A stretch of DNA of 64,000 nucleotides. Source: Blastocatellia bacterium (GTDB taxonomy: Bacteria; Acidobacteriota; Blastocatellia; UBA7656). The translations under genes and the position numbers were made by a program. This document shows, one piece after another, positions 10,289 to 20,304 of the stretch. The notes under the pieces were generated by a model, which was given only the letters and a program-made list of their open reading frames with translations, had not been told where the DNA came from and did no database searches. Location: positions 448,001 to 512,000 of the forward strand of contig CAVXWP010000008.1 of the NCBI GenBank assembly GCA_963765495.1, written 5' to 3'. Position 1 is the stretch's first letter. The number at the start of each line of letters is the position of its first letter.

Positions 10289-11032
10289 TCAGATTCTTGT
10301 TCCATACTTTTTTTTCGAAAATCGCTTTCGATTCCTCGGATAATAGAGCCGTACAAGTTTATAGGGGCTTACGCCCACAAGGTAAAGCCATTGAATAAGA
10401 ATCCAAAGTGCGATGGTCTGTATCGCCTTTCCACGCGACCATCTGCGGGGTGATGTTATAACGGTGCCGGAGAGGCAGACCGTACGCCCCGCTTTTTCAA
10501 GCCTTCGGCAAAAATCGTAATCCTCCATTATCGGTGTTGGGGCAAAGCCTCTCAGATGTTCGAACACATCCCGCCGCACCCAGATTACCGAATCACCATA
10601 ATAAATGCCAAACCATCTGCGGATAGTGTTGAGAGAGCCAAAAACACTATTTGACAGGCCGGGTCCGCCACAAGCCATCTTGAAGTTTCCACCCAAAACT
10701 CTTTTATCCTGTAAGGCTTCTTCAATCAAGATCGGCGCGGATTCTGGCAAGGTCGTATCCGCGTGCAAAAACAGGATTACGTTTCCAGTTGCGCGACTTG
10801 CTCCGTGATTCAATTGAATGCCCCGACCCGGTCTTGAAGTGATTACTGATGCTGATGGGAACGGCAAGAGCGCTTCACGCGAAACCATTACTGTGTCGTC
10901 AAGGCTTCCTCCGTCAACGACGATCACCTCTATCCTTCCTTTAATCCCTTCAAGCGATTTGATGGTACTTGCGATGATTTTCGCTTCATTAAGGGCAGGA
11001 ATTATTATTGAGATTCTTATAGCCTCTTGCAT
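10289..11032 (-). CDS. Glycosyltransferase family 2, TIGR04283-like
   Basis: IIIPALNE, VDGGS, LFLHADT, YGD, MEDY, TSPRRW. Confidence 0.9.
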   Translation of the reverse strand: MQEAIRISIIIPALNEAKIIASTIKSLEGIKGRIEVIVVDGGSLDDTVMVSREALLPFPSASVITSRPGRGIQLNHGASRATGNVILFLHADTTLPESAPILIEEALQDKRVLGGNFKMACGGPGLSNSVFGSLNTIRRWFGIYYGDSVIWVRRDVFEHLRGFAPTPIMEDYDFCRRLEKAGRTVCLSGTVITSPRRWSRGKAIQTIALWILIQWLYLVGVSPYKLVRLYYPRNRKRFSKKKYGTRI

Positions 11033-11211
11033 TTAGGGCCCTCAACCTCGCAAAGGCCAATTCTAGCGTTCGAACGAGGGGCGATTATACAAGAATATTG
11101 AGGTCGATCATATCCGAGGTTGATCGTAATGAGTGGGTTTGGGGATTTTTAACTGGGAATAGGATAATTTCCGGTATCGTCAGATTTCGCGATCCAGAAT
11201 AGTCTCCCCTC

Positions 11212-11475
11212 TCAGACTCGATGTTCCCGCAACCTGTTTAGCAATCGTGTTCGTGCCACGCGCGCTCTGCCCATCGCCTCGATATATTCGCTCAAGGCCT
11301 TTGCGCGGCGTGTTTCCATCTCTGTTTGATTCTGCCCACTGATTTTTTGTTCGATCTTTTGGAGCTTCATCCTCGTCTTCGCGAGTTGCGATCTGGTTTC
11401 TACAACCGAATGCATGAGCGTTGTTAGTTTGGCCTCTCCAGACCCGATGTTCTCCATCTCCTTCTGGTTTTTCAT
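11212..11475 (-). CDS. Hypothetical coiled-coil protein (87 aa)
   Basis: ATG with RBS AAGGAG, helical heptad composition, no overlapping credible gene. Confidence 0.6.
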   Translation of the reverse strand: MKNQKEMENIGSGEAKLTTLMHSVVETRSQLAKTRMKLQKIEQKISGQNQTEMETRRAKALSEYIEAMGRARVARTRLLNRLREHRV

Positions 11476-11589
11476 TTATCAGTGCTCCTTAACATATTCA
11501 TACTTCATTCCACTCAGGAAGCGTCGCGCTCCTGTAAAGCTTGAGCCTTTTCACCGGCAAAATCGGATAATTTTTTACAATTGATTCAA

Positions 11590-11841
11590 TCACTTCTTCC
11601 CTGGAATGAACTCTCCAGTGAAGGATTCGATGACGTTTTTCGTCAATCCAACTACGGGTATCAAATCCAGGGCCACGTCGGCGGCGCCTTTCAAAACACC
11701 CTTACGGCGTAATTTATCGAATGCAAGGGCTGCGATGGCACAACCGCCGATTAGAAACAGCGGATTTGTGGCGCGCTTTATTAGCCTGCGCTTGATAGCC
11801 CGCTTTACTATAGATCGTTTGATTTCTGTTCTAATTCCCAT
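11590..11841 (-). CDS. Hypothetical small basic membrane-associated protein (83 aa)
   Basis: Strong RBS AGGAGGA, 19 nt after the upstream stop. K/R-rich N-terminus followed by a hydrophobic helix and a DxIPxVG motif. Confidence 0.75.
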   Translation of the reverse strand: MGIRTEIKRSIVKRAIKRRLIKRATNPLFLIGGCAIAALAFDKLRRKGVLKGAADVALDLIPVVGLTKNVIESFTGEFIPGKK

Positions 11842-11860
11842 CAGTCCTCCTAAATAATTT

Positions 11861-12190
11861 TCAGGCTACGAGTTTTTCGCCGTTCCGATTCCCTTTGTTT
11901 CTGATTCTCGTTATCACAGATGTGATCAATCTTTCGGCCCCGCTTTTGGCGCTCAAATAAAACAACGCGCGTGAACCTGATTTAAGCACGCTTGGTTCAC
12001 AGGCCAGCAGATTAGTAGTGGCGCAGAGCGATCCGATGAGAATGGCATCGCGTTTCTGCTCGCCAAGAGTCCCGCCTGAAAGGATTCCTCTCCGCTCGTT
12101 CGGGTCAAGGATGAAAAATCTATACTCACTATTTTGAGTCTGGATGATAAGCTCATCCGACTCCTTAATCGCTTCAAATGTGATCTCCAT
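11861..12190 (-). CDS. Hypothetical beta-rich protein (109 aa)
   Basis: ATG 1 nt after the upstream stop, RBS GGAAGGGG, globular composition (TQNSEY, GG..G, ITS motifs). Confidence 0.75.
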   Translation of the reverse strand: MEITFEAIKESDELIIQTQNSEYRFFILDPNERRGILSGGTLGEQKRDAILIGSLCATTNLLACEPSVLKSGSRALFYLSAKSGAERLITSVITRIRNKGNRNGEKLVA

Positions 12191-12191
12191 T

Positions 12192-12350
12192 TTATCCCCT
12201 TCCTACTTCTTGAAGTTTGGGAGAGGCGTCGATACGCTCTTCCGACATCCTTCCAAACGCCGCTCCGAAAAGTCTGGCTAAAAGCGCCCCACCTAACGAT
12301 GCATAAAGCAAAATAAAGAATGACAAAAAGATAAACTGCGTAATGCCCAT
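12192..12350 (-). CDS. Small single-TM protein (52 aa), first gene of a sigma54 operon
   Basis: ATG at 12350 with RBS GAGGAAGGG just downstream of a -24/-12 promoter. Hydrophobic N-terminal helix. Coupled to the next gene. Confidence 0.62.
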   Translation of the reverse strand: MGITQFIFLSFFILLYASLGGALLARLFGAAFGRMSEERIDASPKLQEVGRG

Positions 12351-12382
12351 GATTGTTACCCTTCCTCTCGTAAATTGGAGGG

Positions 12383-12398
12383 TGCAATAGCTATGCCA
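12383..12398 (-). promoter_or_regulatory. Sigma-54 (-24/-12) promoter
   Basis: Minus strand reads TGGCATAGCTATTGCA (GG-N10-GC, consensus TGGCAC-N5-TTGCA), divergent from a sigma54 activator gene. Confidence 0.85.
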
Positions 12399-12672
12399 GT
12401 CGATCCAGACCGGCGAAAATTGCAAAAATTGCTGGTTTTGAAAGGAATTGTCTGGAGTTTCGGCCAACTGCTCGTATGAAAGCATTACGTAAGCCGGTTA
12501 TATGACAGAGATTGATACGCTTGACTTTGAAAACCTACCCTAATAAAATCGCTACGCTTTATATGGGTCTGTGGGATAATTAGTTTATACCTTGTAATCC
12601 ATTGCACGAAAACCTTCCCAGGAATGTATAATTTACAATACGAGGCGAAAGCTACGCCGTGAAGGGCAAGAG

Positions 12673-15600
12673 ATGGCAAGCATAGATACCCTCAACATCA
12701 ATAGTATCGAAGATGCAATTGCTGCCGGGGAGGACGCGCTTGAGAACAGTCGCTTTGAGGAGGCGACAAACCACTTCAAGTACGCTCTCAGACTCATCCC
12801 CCGGTCGGCAAATGAGGAAGCCCTTATTCGATGTCGGCTCAGCGAAGCGCTCGAAAAGCGCGGGCTCTGGCCCGAGCAGTTGGAGCCGGTTTCAAAATAC
12901 TCGAGCCCAGGTGATTTCGAACGTCTGGCTGAGAAGACTCAGATGGAGGTGTTGATTCGTCTAGGCTGGGGCCATTCCATGAATCGCGATATCCCCCGCG
13001 CTATCGCTCATTTCAACAGGGCATTCGAAATCGCGCATCGACATAACGATCATGACGGGATGGGAAAGTGCCATTTTGGGCTGGGTCGGGCGTATGGAAA
13101 CTTCTCCGAACACCGAATCGCACACGACCATTATCTTTCGGCGCTCGACCATTTTCGTCAAACCGGCAACTGGCGCAATATCGCCGAGTCCTATCTGAAG
13201 GTCGGGTATGCTTATGCATATGATGGCGATTATCGTAATGGTCGCCATTATCTGAGGCAGGCTCTTACTTTCGTAGGAGATCACGAAGATCACGATATTT
13301 TGGGCCGGACACATATGTATCTGGCGCTCACCTATGACAATCTGGGATTGACCGAGAGCGCGCTCGACTCGTGGGAAAGGGCGCAGAAGCATTTTGAAGC
13401 CGCCGGGAATGTCACTTTCCTGGCTATCAACCAGAACAATCTTGCCGATAAACTCATCTGGCTTGGTGAATGGGATAGGGCCGAGCAACTACTACATGAA
13501 TCAATCGAGATTCTAAAATCAGCCTCACCCATCAACCACGGTGGCGTCATAGACACACTCGCCCAACTCCAACTGCTGAGGGGAAATATAGAATATGCCG
13601 ATAAATTGTCGGATGAAGCCATAGAATTGCTCACTTCAGTAAAGGCCGGGGAATGGGTGGAATTGACGGCCCGAATCACTGCGGGCCGAAGTTATCTGCT
13701 AAAAGGGCAACCGGACGAGGCGATGAAGTCCATCGAGAGGACGATTGAAATCTCTGAGCGTACAGGTGATCAAAGATATGTACACGAAGCACCGCTATGG
13801 ATGGCCGAAGCGCTCTTGCAAAAGGGACGGATTGCGGAAGCACGCCAGCTTGTAGACGGGGTATGGTCAAAATTGCGAAGACTTCCAGTCATGCAAGTCT
13901 GGGGGCTGATGATGCGTATGGCTGCCAAGGTCGAAGCTGCCGAGGGACATATCGCTGCTGCTACACAATCCCTCAGCCAGAGCACTTCCATTTATGAATT
14001 GAGGGGGTATCGGTACGAATGCGCGGTCAATAGCATGGTCCTTGCAAAGATGTTAAGGAACCAGGGCTCGATTCCCGAAGCCATTGGAGAGACAGAATTG
14101 GCAGTCGCAGTTTTCAAGCGGCTTGGGGCAATGCTGGATTATACCAAGGCGACCGAATTTCTGGAGGAATTGAAGACATCTGCCTCAGATGACGGCAAGC
14201 AATCTCGGGAGGGTGATCAGTTTTTTTCAGCAGGTCAGGGGTCTCGCGCCACTTTCCTCGACCTCGCCTCCGCAATGGATGGATATATAGCGCAACGTCT
14301 GGTCCAGGCTTCTGTTACGCGCGAGTTGCTCCTTTACGAAATCACCTCGATTTCACGAACACTGGCCGCAGGCCAGGGAGCCATCGTATTTGAGAGGCCA
14401 CAAGCTGATGATTTGGGGAAAAACGAGAATAGTTTTATAGTGGCTGCCTCGGTAGGACTTGGCGAAAATGAGCAGAAAGAAGACCTGGAATTTATCTCTA
14501 AACTCCCTTTGAGCGAGTATGATCGCAACCTGGTTTATACATTTTCAGACAATCAGCAATCCGATTTTCTCCTTCACATTATCTCACCAAGGTCGGAGCG
14601 CTTTCTAACAGGTACTGTGAACCTGGAACCATTACTGGGCCTGGTTGAACAGGGTCTTGAAAGCCATTATCTGAAGAGTAGAGTCCGCAGGACGCAGGCA
14701 TTTAATCCAGCACGCTTATTATCACAGGTTGAGTTGCCAGGATTTATCTGCGCCAGCCGGGCTATGAGCCGGGTCCTTGAACAGATTCACAAGATTCGTT
14801 CATCGGATGTCACAGTGCTGATAACCGGGGAATCGGGGACGGGCAAAGAATTGATAGCGCGAGCGGTACACGCAGGCAGTTCGCGAAGAGTAAATATATT
14901 CCTCCCCTTTAACTGTTCTGCTGCCCCGCGCGAAATGGTCGAGAGCCAGTTATTTGGTTACCGAAAAGGAGCCTTTACAGGGGCAATCGCCAGTAATCCC
15001 GGAATCATCAGGGCCGCCGAACGTGGGACTCTCTTTCTCGATGAAATCGGAGACCTGCCTCTGGACCTTCAGCCAAAACTGCTAAGATTTCTACAGGAGG
15101 GCGAGATTCACCCTATAGGAGAGAATAAACCAGAGCATGTCGATGTGCGCGTGGTAGCTGCTACAAATTCGGCACTTGAGAAGGCAGTGGAAGATGGAAA
15201 ATTCCGCGAAGATCTGTTCCATCGCCTCAACGTAATCCGCATAGAGGTTCCGCCGCTCCGAGAACGCCGGGAAGAAATCCCTGCGCTCGTCAATCATTAT
15301 ATGACTCAATATCAGGAAGAGGCTTCGAAACGCGAGATTCAGCTGACGGAAGAGGCCGTCGATCTATTGGTCGTTTATGATTGGCCCGGCAATGTCAGAC
15401 AGTTGTGCAACGAAGTCCGTCGCATTATTGCCTACAGCGATTCCGGCACCCTTGTAAGCCCGGAAGCTCTCTCACCTCAAATTGTGCGCGCCGTACCAAC
15501 ATCTACACCAAGTACGCAAAAGGCTGCTCCTACATCTATCCAGACGCCTAGCGGAGTTACACTTGCCGAAGCGGTAGAAGAGTTGGAAAAGCAGATGATA

Positions 15601-15711
15601 CAAGATGCGATGCGTCGAAATGCCGGCAATATTGCGCGCGCGGCGAAAGAACTGGGGCTCTCGCGAAAGGGGCTTTACTTGAAGATGGACCGATTCAAAT
15701 TCAAGCTCTAA
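12673..15711 (+). CDS. TPR-repeat sigma-54-dependent transcriptional activator (bEBP)
   Basis: About 500 aa of TPR-like repeats, then AAA+ domain with [28 protein letters not shown] and a Fis-type HTH. Confidence 0.94.
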   Translation: MASIDTLNINSIEDAIAAGEDALENSRFEEATNHFKYALRLIPRSANEEALIRCRLSEALEKRGLWPEQLEPVSKYSSPGDFERLAEKTQMEVLIRLGWGHSMNRDIPRAIAHFNRAFEIAHRHNDHDGMGKCHFGLGRAYGNFSEHRIAHDHYLSALDHFRQTGNWRNIAESYLKVGYAYAYDGDYRNGRHYLRQALTFVGDHEDHDILGRTHMYLALTYDNLGLTESALDSWERAQKHFEAAGNVTFLAINQNNLADKLIWLGEWDRAEQLLHESIEILKSASPINHGGVIDTLAQLQLLRGNIEYADKLSDEAIELLTSVKAGEWVELTARITAGRSYLLKGQPDEAMKSIERTIEISERTGDQRYVHEAPLWMAEALLQKGRIAEARQLVDGVWSKLRRLPVMQVWGLMMRMAAKVEAAEGHIAAATQSLSQSTSIYELRGYRYECAVNSMVLAKMLRNQGSIPEAIGETELAVAVFKRLGAMLDYTKATEFLEELKTSASDDGKQSREGDQFFSAGQGSRATFLDLASAMDGYIAQRLVQASVTRELLLYEITSISRTLAAGQGAIVFERPQADDLGKNENSFIVAASVGLGENEQKEDLEFISKLPLSEYDRNLVYTFSDNQQSDFLLHIISPRSERFLTGTVNLEPLLGLVEQGLESHYLKSRVRRTQAFNPARLLSQVELPGFICASRAMSRVLEQIHKIRSSDVTVLITGESGTGKELIARAVHAGSSRRVNIFLPFNCSAAPREMVESQLFGYRKGAFTGAIASNPGIIRAAERGTLFLDEIGDLPLDLQPKLLRFLQEGEIHPIGENKPEHVDVRVVAATNSALEKAVEDGKFREDLFHRLNVIRIEVPPLRERREEIPALVNHYMTQYQEEASKREIQLTEEAVDLLVVYDWPGNVRQLCNEVRRIIAYSDSGTLVSPEALSPQIVRAVPTSTPSTQKAAPTSIQTPSGVTLAEAVEELEKQMIQDAMRRNAGNIARAAKELGLSRKGLYLKMDRFKFKL

Positions 15712-15760
15712 CACGTCACCCACAAGCCTACTGGCGCAAGCCTCAAGTAAGCAAGTAGCC

Positions 15761-16456
15761 TTAACTCACCGAAGAACCTGAATCCAGTTCCCTGACAACC
15801 ACATCGTCATCGAAACCGATCACTACCTTATGGCACAACCCGATGAACAGACCTACCTCGACTATCCCGGGCAATTGCTTTATCTCTCTTTCAAGAGCCG
15901 GGGCATCCTCGATCAATCCAAATGCACAGTCAAGGATATAGTTTCCGTTATCAGTCTCAAAGACTTTGCCTTCTCTTTCACGAAGCAGCGGTTTGCTACC
16001 CAGGTCTGTCAGCAGACGGGCCGACATCTTCCACGCAAAAGGCAAGACCTCTACGGGGACCGCCCAGGATTTGCCAAGCCTCTCTACCAGTTTCTCTTTG
16101 TCGACTACGATGATTACCTGCTTCGAAGCGTAGGCCACAAGCTTTTCGCGAGTCAGCGCCCCCCCGCCTCCTTTGATCATATTGAAGGCAGAGTCAATTT
16201 CATCAGCCCCGTCAATATCAATGTCTATCCCTGACACTTCGTTGAGATCGGCGAGCGGAATCCCAAGATCATTCGCCATTCTTTCGCTTGTTATCGAGGT
16301 TGGCACACCTGTTAATTTCATCCCCGATTTAACCAGACGACCTATGCCCTCTATTGCGAATTTAGTTGTAGACCCGGTTCCAAGACCGATTATCATCCCA
16401 TCCCTGACAAACTCCACAGCACGTTCGGCAGCACGCATCTTTAGCTCATCTTTCAT
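15761..16456 (-). CDS. rpiA: Ribose-5-phosphate isomerase A
   Basis: GLGTGST, DGADE, IKGGGGALTREK, TDNGNYILD. Confidence 0.97.
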   Translation of the reverse strand: MKDELKMRAAERAVEFVRDGMIIGLGTGSTTKFAIEGIGRLVKSGMKLTGVPTSITSERMANDLGIPLADLNEVSGIDIDIDGADEIDSAFNMIKGGGGALTREKLVAYASKQVIIVVDKEKLVERLGKSWAVPVEVLPFAWKMSARLLTDLGSKPLLREREGKVFETDNGNYILDCAFGLIEDAPALEREIKQLPGIVEVGLFIGLCHKVVIGFDDDVVVRELDSGSSVS

Positions 16457-16661
16457 TTTTCCCTCGCATTCCAAACTGGGTTAAACAACAGCAGCAGCGC
16501 CTTTGCCCATAGGCGGCAGGCCAGTTTCATATCTTGACGCCGCCGCCAAGATAACATTCGGCAGATCATTCTTCAACCGCTCGGCACAATTCAAGACCTG
16601 GAAGCTTCTACGCAATTCTGATAGACTTGGGAAGATAATCAAGGAATCGGGGGAAATCAAA

Positions 16662-16889
16662 GTGAGCTTAGTAATCTTTACAAAGCCCGGCTGCCCTTAT
16701 TGCGCCAAGGCTCGTGAGCACTACACCAGGGAGGGTATCATCTTCGAAGAACGCAACGCCCAGGACAATCTCGAATTTAGAAAAGAGATGCTCGCCTTTA
16801 GCAAAGGTGACCCAACCGTACCCGTTATCGTGGAAGATGGAAGGCTTAAACAGATAGGATGGGAAGGACGTGGCTGAACGGTTCACTAA
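16662..16889 (+). CDS. Glutaredoxin-like selenoprotein (UXX-star type); UGA at 16875 probably Sec
   Basis: GTG start with RBS, CPYC and TVPVI motifs, C-terminal GWEGRG-UGA-T-V-H-TAA, SECIS-like hairpin downstream. Without recoding the ORF ends at 16877. Confidence 0.82.
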
Positions 16890-16891
16890 GG

Positions 16892-16909
16892 GTCGGGCGG
16901 TCGTCCGGC
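16892..16909 (+). promoter_or_regulatory. Putative bacterial SECIS element
   Basis: Stem GTCGGGC/GTCCGGC with a GGTC apical loop at +25..+28 from the U of UGA. E. coli fdhF has GGUC at +22..+25. Confidence 0.65.
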
Positions 16910-16956
16910 AAAATAATCTTTGTGGATAATTTGAATCAGTTGATGAGTGAACATTT

Positions 16957-17325
16957 ATGGCGACAACAACGAATACGACTAGAAAAGAGTTTTCAGGCCG
17001 CTACCAGAAGGAACTCCAGCGGCTTGCAGAGTTGATAGACTGGTTGTGGGAAGAACACGGGAAATCATTCGTTCAGGCTGGTGACGACCAGGTATTCGCC
17101 TTCGGCGGGCTCGGATATATAATCGTCTTTGATGAATCACGATGGGGCGGGCTCGTAGAATTGATCACCCCAAAATCAACTCTGACATTCAAACCCGGGG
17201 ATGATGGAAAGGTTCAAGTGGTAGCAGAAAACCTTGACGAGAAGATTATAAAGCAAGTGATTGATGATGGGGTCTCAGGGTTGAGAAATTATTACGAAAA
17301 TCGCTATTGGAGCACCCCTCAGTAA
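16957..17325 (+). CDS. Hypothetical protein (122 aa)
   Basis: ATG start, globular composition, fills the gap between genes. Confidence 0.75.
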   Translation: MATTTNTTRKEFSGRYQKELQRLAELIDWLWEEHGKSFVQAGDDQVFAFGGLGYIIVFDESRWGGLVELITPKSTLTFKPGDDGKVQVVAENLDEKIIKQVIDDGVSGLRNYYENRYWSTPQ

Positions 17326-17377
17326 ATTCTTGAACAGAGTTAAGGTGAATCATCAAGAATAAGGCTAACTATTTGAT

Positions 17378-17941
17378 TTAATAGCCGAAACTCAGACCAT
17401 CAAGACAACGGTCAATCAATCGTTCAGGTTCTACTTCAAAGAAAACCATTGAATTTGCTGATGTCTTTGAGAACCTGATAATGTCGGCAATATGATCGGC
17501 TACGCCACCTGAACCTTCGAGAACACCAATAATTTTTCCTTCATCGTAGGCGATAGTAAACTCATTGAGAGTTCCAATACTTCCGCCAAATATTATTACA
17601 ATATCTGAGGCCCTGATGTTGATGACGTTTCGTCCTTTCAAACCAAAGCCAGTATAAATTATGACATCTGCCGCATCTAAAGGCAGGTTGTATTTCTCCA
17701 CATGCTCCCGATCCGATATGGCCGGGGAAATGCCTATGGCAAGGCATCCTTGTGCTCTTGCAGCTCTTGAGACACGATCAGGCAGGCCGGTTGTAGCGCC
17801 TGTTATCAAGACACAATTTTTTTCCGCAATGTATGCCCCCAGCCGGTCTGCCAAGTCATATATTCTTTGATCCGCAGGATCTGAATTAATGCTTTGAGCC
17901 GATCCCATGACCCCAATTTTTGGTCTCCTGTCACCTGTCAT
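17378..17941 (-). CDS. LOG/SLOG family nucleotide-binding protein (TIGR00725-like)
   Basis: IGVMGSA, ITGATTG, GLKGRN, GGSIGTLNE. Confidence 0.9.
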   Translation of the reverse strand: MTGDRRPKIGVMGSAQSINSDPADQRIYDLADRLGAYIAEKNCVLITGATTGLPDRVSRAARAQGCLAIGISPAISDREHVEKYNLPLDAADVIIYTGFGLKGRNVINIRASDIVIIFGGSIGTLNEFTIAYDEGKIIGVLEGSGGVADHIADIIRFSKTSANSMVFFEVEPERLIDRCLDGLSFGY

Positions 17942-18022
17942 CCTGCCCACCTCACTTCTGGTTGATAATACTTGAGAAAGAATATAAAAAGGTAGAGTAC
18001 TTTCTGAATTAGGAGCAAGTCG

Positions 18023-18838
18023 TTGGCCGCAGGAATCTATATTGGAACCCAGGGTTGGAATTATGAAGGTTGGAAGGGAGCATTTTACCCGCGCGGCACG
18101 ACAAATAAGGAGATGCTCTCTCTTTATTCAAAAGTGTTCGATACAGTTGAAATAGACTCAACATTTTACGCTACACCTTCGGAGCATTCCGTTCGGCTTT
18201 GGATCGACCGCACCCCACCGGGATTTATCTTCTCTGTTAAGCTGCTATCTGAAATAACTCATAAAAACCGATTGAGAGAAAGCACAAAGTTACTGACAGA
18301 GTTTCTCAATCGTATAAGCATTTTTGAGGAAAAGCTTGGTTGTATACTGATCCAGATGCCGCCGGATTTTTCACCTTCTGAACGTCAATCACTAAATTCG
18401 TTTCTTGAAATATTACCGGGTGATTTTCGCTTTGCCGTGGAATTTCGCGACCCGGCGTGGATGACAGCGCAGACATTCGCCGATTTGGATCGAAGAAATG
18501 TCGCAATCACACTGGTGGACAGCAAGTGGATTAATCGCTCCTTAAGCTTTAGAGCTCTAAACCATCTGCCGTCTGACTTCGCCTATATCAGGTGGCTCGG
18601 ACCCCGGGAATTGACCGATTTTAGCCGAATTCAAATCAATAGGGATGAAGAGTTAAAGACCTGGGGTGAATATTTTAGCGTTTTAAGAGGAAAGGTACCC
18701 ACGCTTTACGGTTATTTTAACAACCACTTTCAGGGCCATTCTCCAGCAAGTTGTAATCAGTTCAAGCGAATACTTGGAATGCCGGTCGTAAACCCCGAAA
18801 CCCTACAGGTACAGCCTTCTCTATTTTCAAATTTTTAA
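18023..18838 (+). CDS. DUF72 domain-containing protein
   Basis: IGTQGW, VEIDSTFY, LIQMPP, AVEFR, YFNNH. TTG start with RBS AGGAG. Confidence 0.92.
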   Translation: MAAGIYIGTQGWNYEGWKGAFYPRGTTNKEMLSLYSKVFDTVEIDSTFYATPSEHSVRLWIDRTPPGFIFSVKLLSEITHKNRLRESTKLLTEFLNRISIFEEKLGCILIQMPPDFSPSERQSLNSFLEILPGDFRFAVEFRDPAWMTAQTFADLDRRNVAITLVDSKWINRSLSFRALNHLPSDFAYIRWLGPRELTDFSRIQINRDEELKTWGEYFSVLRGKVPTLYGYFNNHFQGHSPASCNQFKRILGMPVVNPETLQVQPSLFSNF

Positions 18839-18894
18839 GAAAACAGTGCATATCAGAAATCACTTGAGGTATATACATCTCTCAGACCGAAAGA

Positions 18895-20013
18895 TCACCG
18901 GGGAGCATTCTCGCAAAAAGGCAGCTTTATTATAGTTGCAGATAAAGAACCTTCTTCAGTTTTGACTTCAACTGTTGTCCCTATATCGAAGAAGCCATAT
19001 TTAATATATCCCAGGGCAATTACCGATCCCAAAGAGGGAGAATTTATGGCGCTTGTTAAATAACCTATTTCCTTCTCATTCTTAATAATCCTACTCCCGG
19101 ACGGAGGGACAGTCATTTCAGAAATCGCAAGCCCCGAAAGTTTTTTACTAACATGTCCGCGGTACGTAGCCATTGCGACCGCCTCTTGGCCTGTATAACA
19201 TCCTTTGGTATAGCTAATTGCATCGGTAAGCCCCGTCTCAAGCATCATATTGGTTTCATCCACATCTACACCGTATACAGGTATCCCGGCTTCTATCCTC
19301 AAGGCATCCAGGGCTTGCAAACCAACAGGTGAAATCTGATGAAAGCCTCCTTTAAGCATCACAAAATCCCATACATCTTCAAGGCCAGATTGCTCCACCA
19401 GAATATCAAACCCAGTTTCACACGAACGCGAAGCACGTACAACCAGTACCTTCCTTCCCGCAATTATGGTTTCGATCCAATCGAATTCATTCATTTGTGG
19501 GAGAGGCTCAAAACATATTTCCTTCATAACCAGGAGTGCTTTTTGCCCCAGGACCGAGACGATTCGGTATCGATCAGAGACATCTTGAACATTGAAATCT
19601 CCTGCATATGAAAAAGGCGTGATATATCGAAGTATCTTTTCGTGCGTTTGAGGATCATTAATGAGGAGGAACTCTTTATTGCCCAACCCAAGGATTCGGC
19701 TAATCGCCCTTACCTTACCGTGGCCTGTGAGAAACCCTGCCCGCACTCCCTTTCCCTTTTCGAGCGTTTTCACATCATTTGTAACGAGTCCATTGAGAAA
19801 TTGAATACTTTCTTTTCCGCCTATTCGAACCGCGCCATAATAGGAAAGGTCGGCCAGACCAACATTAGATCGCGTGTTATTGTATTCCTGGATCCACTGA
19901 GAGTATCTATCAGCCATAAGCCATCCGGCGTATTCCTTAAATGTTGCGCCAAGGGCTCTCTCGGCATCGTGCAAGGGAGTTTCTAAAGGGTTTACAGGTT
20001 GCTGCTCACTCAT
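18895..20013 (-). CDS. ygfZ: YgfZ/GcvT-family folate-binding protein (Fe-S cluster maintenance)
   Basis: YgfZ signature KGCYTGQE, FLNGLVTND, RIEAG, GcvT-like C-terminus. Confidence 0.88.
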   Translation of the reverse strand: MSEQQPVNPLETPLHDAERALGATFKEYAGWLMADRYSQWIQEYNNTRSNVGLADLSYYGAVRIGGKESIQFLNGLVTNDVKTLEKGKGVRAGFLTGHGKVRAISRILGLGNKEFLLINDPQTHEKILRYITPFSYAGDFNVQDVSDRYRIVSVLGQKALLVMKEICFEPLPQMNEFDWIETIIAGRKVLVVRASRSCETGFDILVEQSGLEDVWDFVMLKGGFHQISPVGLQALDALRIEAGIPVYGVDVDETNMMLETGLTDAISYTKGCYTGQEAVAMATYRGHVSKKLSGLAISEMTVPPSGSRIIKNEKEIGYLTSAINSPSLGSVIALGYIKYGFFDIGTTVEVKTEEGSLSATIIKLPFCENAPR

Positions 20014-20078
20014 CTATCAACGCTCCAAACTATTCCAGACAATTGGGAAAAGGGTTCGAATTTACAGTAGGTTAAACT

Positions 20079-20146
20079 GTCAGATCGGTTCTCCTTTAGA
20101 CCGAGGATTAAGTGTCGGGCCGCCGACACTTAAAGTAAATACTGAC
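20079..20146 (-). ncRNA. Candidate structured 5' leader RNA of ygfZ
   Basis: Three-way junction with P1 GTCAG/CTGAC, perfect 11-bp P2 and P3 TCGGT/ACCGA. It begins just after TGGTATACT (extended -10) at 20150-20158. Confidence 0.4.
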
Positions 20147-20304
20147 CGAAGTATACCAGTTTGCGCAGAAGAAAGAGTTCATCAGATCTCGAAGGTTGGC
20201 GAAAAAAGCATTTTGCCGGTAGATGTTAAACCCCGAAATGAGCCTGTTTATTCAAGATCGCAAGATTTATAAAACCGGCATCGCATGCTCTATTTTGCAA
20301 ATAG

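Noticed and set aside
11953-12485. 144-aa and 97-aa minus-strand ORFs
   Set aside because: They overlap the sigma54 promoter and better-supported small genes. Only 12192-12350 was retained.
16503-16661. Long N-terminal extension of the glutaredoxin
   Set aside because: GTG 16662 has an RBS and matches the domain start. The extension lies in the divergent promoter region.
16921-16929. Perfect DnaA box (TGTGGATAA)
   Set aside because: Single copy with no cluster or dnaA nearby. Not enough for oriC.
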